Of a DNA stretch of 64,000 nucleotides, positions 1-8,348 are shown piece by piece. This DNA is from Williopsis jadinii. Its lineage: Eukaryota. Positions within the stretch are counted from its first letter, which is position 1. The number at the start of each line of letters is the position of its first letter. The notes under the pieces are model-generated. The model was given only the letters and a program-made list of their open reading frames with translations, made no database searches and had not been told where the DNA came from. The translations under genes and the position numbers were made by a program. The DNA lies in assembly GCA_024346625.1 (NCBI GenBank), contig AP024666.1, forward strand, positions 186,001 through 250,000, written 5' to 3'.

Positions 1-488
1 CGAGATTCTCGCCTGAGAAGCTGGTTGTGTCTGCCTTGGACCAGGCTTTTGTATACAACAGAGATTCCAATGGGAAACTGGTGCGTGCTGCCACTCTCCC
101 TGAACATGGGGGTCTCATCAGGTCTGTATCTTGGGCACCTTCCATGGGTAGATACTACCAATTATTGGCCACTGGCTGTAAAGACGGCAAAGTGCGTTTC
201 TTCAAGCTCACAGAGAGACTCTCAACGGCACCAAGACCGTTGAATGGTAAGTCACCAGATGTGGACGAAGATATGGTGGATGCCGATGCACCAAACGTCA
301 ACATCCAAGTGGACCTCGTTGGCCAACACGATGATCACCACGGAGAAGTATGGTCTGTTTCCTGGAACCTTACAGGTACCATATTGAGCAGTTCTGGCGA
401 TGACGGTAAAGTGAGACTATGGAAGGCCTCCTACAACAATGAGTTCCAATGCCTCAGTGTGATATCTGCTGAGCAGAAGGACGTATGA
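1..488 (+). CDS. SEH1: Nucleoporin/SEA-complex WD40 protein Seh1, 3' part (truncated by window start)
   Basis: Frame open from the window edge; WD40 motifs IRSVSWAPSMGR..LLATGCKDG and VWSVSWNLTGTILSSSGDDGKVRLWKA typical of Seh1; close to RPL28 as in S. cerevisiae. Confidence 0.92.
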   Translation, partial: RFSPEKLVVSALDQAFVYNRDSNGKLVRAATLPEHGGLIRSVSWAPSMGRYYQLLATGCKDGKVRFFKLTERLSTAPRPLNGKSPDVDEDMVDADAPNVNIQVDLVGQHDDHHGEVWSVSWNLTGTILSSSGDDGKVRLWKASYNNEFQCLSVISAEQKDV

Positions 489-616
489 AGTATCTGGTTG
501 GAATGCTTACACGATGCTAAAGTGATGAGAATTGTTCCATTAGAAGAAATCAGAATGTACGAAATATTTAATGAAGGGTAATAAAACAAATCATTAATCT
601 TATCCACTGCCATTGC

Positions 617-2533
617 CTATGCCCAGTTACCTAAGACGGACATGACTATCATCCCCACGATGAGAGAGAAGAGTGCACAGCTTGTCTTCCATAACGAAGC
701 AGCTGCCAAGGTACCAAAGAGCCAGTCATGTGCCCACATCTCTACAACACCTGTCCAAATGAGGACCCCTGCAGAGAATGAATCCAGGGTTCCGAGGGCA
801 ATCAGCGTACTTCTGTCACTACCGTTGAACTGTGACAGGACACCGATACCAATAGCCATGCCAATTGGCGTAATAACAGCAAAGACTGAGCCCATGATGA
901 ACTTCATCCAAAAAGTTGTGTTCTCTAACTGCGCAATTCTAGAGCCGAGCGCAATACCTTCGAACAATTGATGGAATAAAATAACAATGAATAGTGTGAT
1001 GAAGTAGGAATCACCAGCAACCACCAGTGTGATACCTATGAGAATGGAATGGAAAATGATACCAGCCTCCATGGTCAAAACGGAGATCTTATCATCTGGG
1101 TGTAGCAGTCCGTGAGAATGGTGATCCATATGCTGTACGTCTTCAGCTTTGGACCGTGATGTGTTCTTCTGCTCAGATTCGACGGATCCTTCGTCGTTAG
1201 CTGATACAGTCGAAAGTTCAGGGCCTGCTTCTATAGTGTCCTTTTGTTGCAATGTGCTGTTTCTCCATTGCATCAGTCTATTGGCAACGTATTCGATGAT
1301 GAATGCGAGGAACAGGCCTGCCATTGTAATGGCAGCACCGGTGGCCTCATAACCCACATCACCAATACAGTCGTTGACCCACATCAGGTTGGCGTGAGTG
1401 ATTAGATGGACGAACGCCGTTGAGATGATGATACCGGTACCAAACTGTTTGAGTATAACAAAGATGATGTTCTCCATAGAAAGCTTGAACAGTTTATTGA
1501 TGAAGAGAGGCCCCAGGGACCCCAAACCAGATGTTACCAAGATGACGAACAACAGGCCAATTCTCAGTGGGATGTCATAGTCTCTTTCAGTTCTCTCGCA
1601 AGACGTTTCTGAACTACCTCCAGTACAGTGCTCGACACCGGCATGGAAGTGACAGTTCTCACCACTACTGGAATCAGTCGTCTCAGAGCTTGCGTTCGTC
1701 GATTCAACAACAAATTGAAGCTCCTCTCCGTTATCATCGAGACAATACGTTTCAGATGCGTCAATATGACACCCGGTATACGTTGTTTGTCCTTCAGAAG
1801 TGACAGTTGGAGCACCAACCATCTCACCTTCAATGTCACCTGCCATACAATACTGAGTGGTGTCATGGTAATGACAACCTGTGACAACAGATGGCATGGA
1901 TGTGACACTCGCAGTGGCTGTGTCAGTGGCTGTTGAAGAGGCTTCTTCAACCTCAGCTGCGAACTGAACCTCTTCTCCAGAGGAATCAAGGCAGTATGTT
2001 TCACTGGAGTGGGTGTGACAGCCGGTATACGAAGCCTGGCCTGACTCGGACGCTGTTGGTGCACCGACAATGCTACCTTCAACATCGCCAGCCATACAGT
2101 ATTGGACAGTGCCGTGGTAATGACAGTCAGTGACGATCGAGGCCACGGTGCTTGGTGTCTGTGTTGCTGTTTCACCAGTAGAATCACTTTCGCTGTGCTC
2201 ATGGCTGTGTTGTTCCTCAGATACAGAACCCTCTGTAGAAGTTTCACCAGATTCAACGACAAATTGGACTTCTTCACCGTTATCATCCAGACAGAAGGTC
2301 TCTGTCGAATGAGTGTGGCAGCCTGTGTACGATGACTGGCCATCTTCCGTCGCAATAGGCGCACCAACAACAGAGCCTTCCACTCCGTCGGCCAGACAAT
2401 ACTGCTCAGAGCCATGGTAGTGGCATCCAGTGATTTCCGCAGGAACAGAGGAAGTAGTTGTCGATGCTACACTCTGGGCCTGCACTCCATGAACGGCGTA
2501 TATAGCTGCGATACCAAGGCCTTGATATTTCAT
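617..2533 (-). CDS. ZRT1: ZIP-family zinc transporter of the ZrfC/Zrt101 type with a long secreted N-terminal CHxH-repeat ectodomain
   Basis: Signal peptide; 7 C-H-x-H-x4-5-C-like motifs; ZIP signatures KQFGTGIIISTAFVHL, EAGIIFHSILIG, FHQLFEGIALG; His-rich loop HMDHHSHG; divergent from PRA1. Confidence 0.93.
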   Translation of the reverse strand: MKYQGLGIAAIYAVHGVQAQSVASTTTSSVPAEITGCHYHGSEQYCLADGVEGSVVGAPIATEDGQSSYTGCHTHSTETFCLDDNGEEVQFVVESGETSTEGSVSEEQHSHEHSESDSTGETATQTPSTVASIVTDCHYHGTVQYCMAGDVEGSIVGAPTASESGQASYTGCHTHSSETYCLDSSGEEVQFAAEVEEASSTATDTATASVTSMPSVVTGCHYHDTTQYCMAGDIEGEMVGAPTVTSEGQTTYTGCHIDASETYCLDDNGEELQFVVESTNASSETTDSSSGENCHFHAGVEHCTGGSSETSCERTERDYDIPLRIGLLFVILVTSGLGSLGPLFINKLFKLSMENIIFVILKQFGTGIIISTAFVHLITHANLMWVNDCIGDVGYEATGAAITMAGLFLAFIIEYVANRLMQWRNSTLQQKDTIEAGPELSTVSANDEGSVESEQKNTSRSKAEDVQHMDHHSHGLLHPDDKISVLTMEAGIIFHSILIGITLVVAGDSYFITLFIVILFHQLFEGIALGSRIAQLENTTFWMKFIMGSVFAVITPIGMAIGIGVLSQFNGSDRSTLIALGTLDSFSAGVLIWTGVVEMWAHDWLFGTLAAASLWKTSCALFSLIVGMIVMSVLGNWA

Positions 2534-3117
2534 GGTTTCCAGACTTGTTTGAAGGTTATAGGGATGCTATTAGAGGGAAAAAGTGTATGGCTTAAAACGA
2601 TCTACATCATTCGACTAGCTGTCATCCTTATAAAGCATCCTTCTCAGCACACTTGGCCTCTTCAGCATTCCATGTGCTGACCGTTAAATTGATTGCCAAG
2701 ATCGTTTTACCAAGAGCTTGTGTGCAGAATAGTACCCTGTTAGTTATCGTTCAATGAGCGCAGATTCCATCTCCAAAATTACAGAACATCATCTCTAGAG
2801 GAAACTGCCGGCGTCATCTCTTAATCTTTGTAGAACTAAACCAGTGATTGTAGTTCCTCTTTGGTGTCTTCGTGGTGCACACATCGAGCATGGCTCAACG
2901 AGCTCACCGAAATCGCCAAAGCTCCCCGTGATGTAAGGGTCCGAACCTGCCTAAAACACATTCTCGGAATACCTCTTCACTGCTATATGACCAGCAGACA
3001 ATGACGCTCCATTAAGGAACAACCCTGGTTACGGCATAAGTCACGCATCACAGGCCCATAAGGAGACACCTGCTCGTCCATTACGAGTCTCCTAATGGAT
3101 ATCTTCTCGCTGTGGTA

Positions 3118-3128
3118 ACCATAAGGGT
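3118..3128. promoter_or_regulatory. Candidate Zap1/Csr1-type zinc-responsive element in the shared ZRT1-PRA1 promoter
   Basis: ACCATAAGGGT (reverse complement ACCCTTATGGT, one mismatch to ACCYYNAAGGT); related TCCATTAAGGA at 3008-3018 and a CAAGGT core near 3136; TATAAAA at 3349-3355. Confidence 0.5.
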
Positions 3129-3423
3129 GTATCGCCAAGGTGATTGGAACCAATTTGTATGGCCCACACTTGCAGCAAGCGGCATAATAACTTGCATGAA
3201 CGTCTCACTTTCTATGGAGTTCAACTCATTGGCTGGGAGGTTTGATGTGTATTTGGTCAAAGGTGATGATTTATTGTGGGTTTGTACGGAGTCAATTGAG
3301 GCCTCGGCCAGCTGGAACGAGGAGCAAGTTCAGGGTGTGGTGGAAGGGTATAAAAGGCGAGGATGGTGTCCTCATTTGATGTTGATCAGAGCAAGGAATC
3401 TAAACCACAGAATCAACAAGAAT

Positions 3424-4533
3424 ATGAAGTTCCAACTGCAATTATTAGCTACTCTGAGTCCACTGGTGTTTGCCCAGTCCGAGTCTGACAGCTCCAGTGG
3501 TGTTTCAGGGTCATTGTCCTCAGGTTACTCTTCCGAGTACTCCACGTCTGATCAGGAAAGTGCTACTGTGTGGGTCAGCGACCAGTCTCCATTGGAGACT
3601 GGTGAGGTCTATGAGTGGAGTGCCAACTGGAACCCGGACATTCAGATCCACCAGTCCTGTAACAGAACCCAGTATGTTCAGCTGATGAGTGCCTGGGAAG
3701 AGACCAAGGAGCTCTCTGAACATGCGAGAGACCACACGTCTCGCTTCGGCAACCAAAGCTACATCTATAGAAAGTACTTTGGTGACGCTGCGACTGCAGA
3801 GGTGATTGGATGGTTCGACAACATCGTCCATCAGGACAAGACCACCGTCTTGTTCCGCTGTGATAACCCTGATGGCAACTGTGCCAACGAAGGCTGGGCT
3901 GGTCACTGGAGAGGATCAAATGGTTCTGACGAGACCGTTATCTGTGACCTGTCCTACCAGACAAGACGTTCTTTGAAGCAGCTCTGCAGCTTGGGTTACG
4001 ACGTCTCTACGGGCCAAAATGCTGTGTTCTGGAGTGCTGACTTCCTCCACAGATTGTGGCACACTGATACTGTGGGCCAGTCCTCTGTGGATCACTACGC
4101 TGATACCTATGACGAGTGTTTGGAGTTGGCTAATGAATCACCAGAGGAAGCTGTTAGAAACTCAGCCTCTCTGAGACTGTATGCCTTGGAGGTTTACGCC
4201 TATGACATAACTCTTCCAGGCCAGGGCTGTTCAGGTGACTCTGATGATGAGGATGAACCACTGATCGGCTCTGAAGACAGTGAAGACAACACGCAGTCTA
4301 CCAGCACTTCTCAAGAGCAGTTGGCTACTGAAGCTGTTAGTGAAGGTGCTTCTTCCAATGCCACCAGTGACGTTGTTGAATCCACCACCTCTGCAGAGGA
4401 GAGTGAGCACGACCACTCGCACAGCGAGACGGACAGTGAGACAATTACCGAGGCCACTGCGAGTGCTACAAGCTCAGAGACGACCAGTCTGCGTTGTCAT
4501 ACCCACGAAGGTGGTGAGACTCACTGTGTTTAG
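3424..4533 (+). CDS. PRA1: Secreted zincophore Pra1/Aspf2 family protein
   Basis: ATG 3424 follows a TATA box and opens a signal peptide (MKFQLQLLATLSPLVFAQ); motifs IHQSCN.TQ, FRCDNPDGNC, GWAGHWRG, DFLHRLWH and C-terminal CHTHEGGETHC. Confidence 0.95.
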   Translation: MKFQLQLLATLSPLVFAQSESDSSSGVSGSLSSGYSSEYSTSDQESATVWVSDQSPLETGEVYEWSANWNPDIQIHQSCNRTQYVQLMSAWEETKELSEHARDHTSRFGNQSYIYRKYFGDAATAEVIGWFDNIVHQDKTTVLFRCDNPDGNCANEGWAGHWRGSNGSDETVICDLSYQTRRSLKQLCSLGYDVSTGQNAVFWSADFLHRLWHTDTVGQSSVDHYADTYDECLELANESPEEAVRNSASLRLYALEVYAYDITLPGQGCSGDSDDEDEPLIGSEDSEDNTQSTSTSQEQLATEAVSEGASSNATSDVVESTTSAEESEHDHSHSETDSETITEATASATSSETTSLRCHTHEGGETHCV

Positions 4534-4787
4534 ATATCCCTATAATAAAGGCTTGAGCTTTTGGCACATCCTTTCAATGCCTTCTGAAACTCCATATCTA
4601 GACGTTCTGTAGTGCTTCTTCAACGCAATATATGACTTCCATACACTCCATTGCAACCGTAGTAGCAAACCGTAGTAACACACAACTGCCTCTCTCCTTA
4701 TGCTAAAGCAATCTACAACGCTTTCCTCTGTTTTACATGATAAGACGTTTTTTTCATTGTACATTAAGATGTGATGTGTGGGAAAAC

Positions 4788-5584
4788 TTAAGCAACCAAC
4801 TCAACAACACCACCAGCAGCTCTGATCTTCTCCTCAGCCAACTTGGAAACAAATCTGGCCTTGACGATGACTGGAACTTGTGGCAAACGACCCTTACCCA
4901 AAACCTTACCGTAACCGGCAGCCAAGGTGTCAATGACTGGAGCAGCAGAGGCAGAAGCAGAGGACAAGTATTGCTCTCTCTTCTCCTCGTCAACCAAAGT
5001 CCACAACTTGTCCAAGTTCAAGACTGGCTTCCAGAAGTGAAGCTGTTGCTTGTGGAAGTATCTTTGACCAACCTTACCGAAGTAACCTGGATGGTACTTA
5101 TCCAAGTTGGTTCTGTGGTGGTGTTGACCACCAGCCTTACCTCTACCACCCGGGTGCTTTCTGTGCTTACCGACTCTACCCTTACCGGCTATAGTGTCTT
5201 GTTAGTATTGTGATATCGAGCAGCCTCGAGCCATAAGCCTGTCTCTTGGAAGGAGTCGTCTCTGGAAAGTATAGCGTGTTGTGTCTCTTTTGCCTATTTG
5301 GCCATCGTCTGGACTGATATATAAGCTGCTGAACGCCATCCTGGTGCATCTTACGTGACTGGCAATCATACTGCCACCTCTTACGCTTCCACACTGCCTC
5401 CATATTGCCTCCACGTCTTCTTCTCTTCAACGCCTACTGATGCTATCCCATTCACCATTACGAGTCCAGCCCTCACTCCTCCTATCCCCAGCACTGTACT
5501 TATGGCCCTCCTGGAAACGACAGCTTGTTACATACCAACAACGTGACCTCTGTGTTTTCTAGTCTTAGTTAATCTGGTAGGCAT
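4788..5584 (-). CDS. RPL28: 60S ribosomal protein uL15; exons 5584-5536 and 5188-4788, 149 aa
   Basis: Spliced product [33 protein letters not shown]...[12 protein letters not shown]; exon lengths 49+401=450 nt. Confidence 0.97.
5189..5535 (-). other. Spliceosomal intron of RPL28 (347 nt)
   Basis: GTATGT donor at 5535, TACTAAC branch point at 5207-5201, TAG acceptor ending at 5189; removal restores the frame. Confidence 0.95.
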
Positions 5585-5742
5585 CTTGTGATATTCCTGG
5601 TCTAACCTTCCAAGTCCTCTGAAGTAGATGATGTGAGTTTCCAACAAAGTTTTTGATTTTTTCATCGTTCTACAACTGCACAGTGTGTGTTCCCGAAGCG
5701 GGAATATTCGCGGGGCGTGGATGGCGGAAAGTTGTGTTGGTG

Positions 5743-5867
5743 GTGTTTGGATGTTAAGTGGCTTGAACGAGAACGCGGCGCGTGCGCAGTTTTTGCCAGT
5801 CCCTGGTGTGTGGGTGGAGTGCCCTGTGCTGATGTCACGTGATATATGGGTTTCCCCGTAGCCCTAA
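5743..5867. promoter_or_regulatory. RPL28 promoter motifs: Rap1-like, Cbf1 and Tbf1 sites
   Basis: GTGTTTGGATGT 5743-5754 and GTGTGTGGGTGG 5806-5817 (Rap1-like); GTCACGTGA 5834-5842 (Cbf1); TAGCCCTAA 5859-5867 (Tbf1, reverse complement TTAGGGCTA). Confidence 0.55.
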
Positions 5868-6004
5868 GTACATATATCTATAATGGAGCTTTATACAATT
5901 GCTACAATGACACATTTTGAGAGGTGGAGCACGCCTCTCTTGGGCTGGAAGTGTGCAGAGCCATTAGACGAACTGGTATAGACATATTTAGTGAGGCACA
6001 GGCT

Positions 6005-7441
6005 TCAATCGACCCGTATGTTCCAGACAGAGTCGTAGTTCTTATGGCCTTTAGTCTCTGGTAGCTTGTTCATGACAAAGGAGACGAACAGCAAACAGAT
6101 GATAGCGAATGCAAAGTAGACGTATCCACCGATCCACCCGTCCACGATTGGGAAGAGGAATCCAATGAGGAAAGTCGCGATCCAATTGACCACTGTTCCA
6201 TAGCTCTGCGCAGTAGAAATGGCCTCTTCCTGTGTAACTTCCGAAATCAACAGGAAAGGAATTGGGCCCAATCCAATGGCAAACGCTGCAACGTATACAA
6301 ACGTTGCCAATACCGATAAGACTGAGATGGAGAACACAATGCCGATTGCCATTAGTGCCGAAGCAGCTGCCATTGTCGACACGGACGTTATGAGGCATGG
6401 TTTACGGCCATACTCATCGACAAACGGTGCAGCAATAAACGTAATGACCGCATTGCCCAAGGAGATCAGACAGTTGATGATGACAGCGTACTGAGGCAAG
6501 AGTTTTCTGATGGTGTTCACGCCGTAAAAGATGATCGAATTGATCCCACAGAACTGCTGGCCTGCCAATACTGTGGTGACGACTAATCGAGAGTTCTCAT
6601 AATTCGGATCTGAAACGTACTGCTTGAGTGAAACGTTTGGAGCCTTTCCATTGGAGCCAGTGGCACTTTCAGAGGCAATGAGCTGCTGTTGATCTTCAAC
6701 GTTCGAGTATCGTCTGAACTCATCAGCCACGGAATTAGGGTCTCCACGAAGTCTCAGGATGGCAGCCTTGGCCTCGGCGTCCCTACCCTTCAGTGCCAGC
6801 CATTTGGGAGACTCGTCGATCAAAACCACCGCAATTGAGTTCACGAGGCCTAGAAGTGCGCCTGTGAAGAGCAGGTATCTCCACTGGATGGAATTGGCCC
6901 ATCTGACAGCCAGCACCTGTGTCAGGAGAATACCGAGGTTGATACACACCTGGTTCATGGAGCCCAGCAGCCCTCTCAGCCCAGCTGGACTCACCTCGCT
7001 GATCATCAGCGGAGTCACCACAATGGAGCAGCCAGCAGCTAACCCGGATATCAACCTCCCAAGCACCAGCACCGCGATGTGATTGCTCACGCCCTCAATC
7101 ACTGAGCCAATGACAAACACAACCCCGTTGATGGCCATGCTGAACTTACGGCCAACAACGCCGCTCAACCAGCCCGCGTACAAGCTGCCCACAAGACCTC
7201 CGATGCTGAACACACTCGTCACCAGTCCCACCCCCTGTTCGTCCATCGTCAGGCACGGTTTCAGTCCAAGTCTCGACAGCCACGTCGAATCGTAGGGAAC
7301 ACCGGGCAATGGCACATTGGCCTGACACGAGAGCACCGCAGAGGGCCCGTTCAGCTCTGACATGTGGTAGCCATACTGCAGCGAGGCAATACAGCTGACG
7401 GCGACCGTCACGATCAATTGGCGAGTCCACTGGCGTTCCAT
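6005..7441 (-). CDS. VPS73: MFS sugar-porter family vacuolar membrane transporter (Vps73/Ybr241c-like)
   Basis: LQYGYHMSELNGP, GRLISGLAAG, DESPKWL, QQFCGINSIIFY, GLGPIPFLLISE, PETKG motifs; lies between RPL28 and ARC1. Confidence 0.8.
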   Translation of the reverse strand: MERQWTRQLIVTVAVSCIASLQYGYHMSELNGPSAVLSCQANVPLPGVPYDSTWLSRLGLKPCLTMDEQGVGLVTSVFSIGGLVGSLYAGWLSGVVGRKFSMAINGVVFVIGSVIEGVSNHIAVLVLGRLISGLAAGCSIVVTPLMISEVSPAGLRGLLGSMNQVCINLGILLTQVLAVRWANSIQWRYLLFTGALLGLVNSIAVVLIDESPKWLALKGRDAEAKAAILRLRGDPNSVADEFRRYSNVEDQQQLIASESATGSNGKAPNVSLKQYVSDPNYENSRLVVTTVLAGQQFCGINSIIFYGVNTIRKLLPQYAVIINCLISLGNAVITFIAAPFVDEYGRKPCLITSVSTMAAASALMAIGIVFSISVLSVLATFVYVAAFAIGLGPIPFLLISEVTQEEAISTAQSYGTVVNWIATFLIGFLFPIVDGWIGGYVYFAFAIICLLFVSFVMNKLPETKGHKNYDSVWNIRVD

Positions 7442-7469
7442 AGCTGCCTGTTTACGCCAGCCCGTGGTG

Positions 7470-7574
7470 GTAGGCTGAGTGCTGAAAGCGGCCTGGGGAA
7501 GCCCCTCCGTTGTAGGCTGCGCAGCCTGGGGAAGCCCCTCCCTCGTAGGCTCAAAGCTGCCTGGGAAGCCCCCT
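7470..7574. repeat. Three imperfect GC-rich direct repeats (GTAGGCT...GCCTGGGGAAGCCCCT) in a short bidirectional promoter
   Basis: Cores at 7491-7508, 7524-7541 and 7559-7574; GTAGGCT at 7470, 7512 and 7545. Confidence 0.85.
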
Positions 7575-7674
7575 AAATCCCCGTGGAGAGATCGAAAAAC
7601 CAGCAGAGCGCCCTCCCCAGCAGCTCCCCGCTAGGCAGGAGGCCAGAAGGAAGCATCACAACAACCACAGCGCA

Positions 7675-8292
7675 ATGGGCGACGAGCAGAGCCACCGCCA
7701 CGATCAAACCCACCTGGACGACCAGAGCCAGTTCACCACGGACAGGTTCCGCCTGCCGCCCGGGCTCAGGGTTCCGCTGACGGCGTCGATGTCGTTTCTG
7801 TTTGGCCTGATCTACGGCATGCACTCAAGCTACGCCAGAACTGGCCAGCAGTACCTCGTTGAGAACTCCCACCGGCTGCCTAAGACCAAGGGAGGGTGGT
7901 ACTGGTACTACAAGCGTAAGAACTGGGTGTGCTTGCAAGGAGCGGTGAAGGGAGGGGTGAAGCTTGGGCTGAAGACTGGTGGTTTCACGCTTGCGGTGTT
8001 TGGGCTGGAGGCGATGATAGACAAGGCCAGGGGACGGATCGACTGCTTGAGCACGATAGCTACGAGCGTTCTGGTTGGTACTGCGTACTCGAGATGGAGG
8101 CACCTGAACAGGAGTGCGACGGTGAGTGTGCTGAGGAAGGGGCTGGTGCTTGGTGTTGTTGGTGGTGTGTTACAGGATGCGCTGATGATGGCGAGAGGAG
8201 TGGATGCGTGGGGTGTGTCTGCGTGGGGTGTGTCTGCGCTGGTGTCGTCGTCGTCATCGTCGTCATCGTCTACGCTGAAACTGGAGAGCTGA
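7675..8292 (+). CDS. Conserved fungal hypothetical membrane protein (ENSHRLP..KGGWY.Y.K.KN motif; possibly Tim17/22-like fold)
   Basis: 205 aa ORF with Gly-rich hydrophobic helices; the motif resembles an uncharacterised fungal family I recall. Confidence 0.75.
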   Translation: MGDEQSHRHDQTHLDDQSQFTTDRFRLPPGLRVPLTASMSFLFGLIYGMHSSYARTGQQYLVENSHRLPKTKGGWYWYYKRKNWVCLQGAVKGGVKLGLKTGGFTLAVFGLEAMIDKARGRIDCLSTIATSVLVGTAYSRWRHLNRSATVSVLRKGLVLGVVGGVLQDALMMARGVDAWGVSAWGVSALVSSSSSSSSSTLKLES

Positions 8293-8348
8293 ACCTGGAG
8301 AGCTGATCTACACTGCTGTACATAGTTATAAATATTTACTAACATCCA

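Noticed and set aside
3112..3423. N-terminal extension of Pra1 given by the ORF track; similar extensions at 11011-11130, 25834, 30391, 39714, 44305, 46319 and 61288
   Set aside because: They start at GTG/TTG codons or run through promoter sequence and TATA boxes; the first ATG matches the signal peptide or family N-terminus
4737..5213. 158 aa plus-strand ORF antisense to RPL28, and similar antisense ORFs over ARC1, MLC1 and BGL2
   Set aside because: Typical shadow ORFs of highly codon-biased genes
5189..5535. snoRNA hosted in the RPL28 intron
   Set aside because: No convincing C/D or H/ACA box arrangement visible on the sense strand
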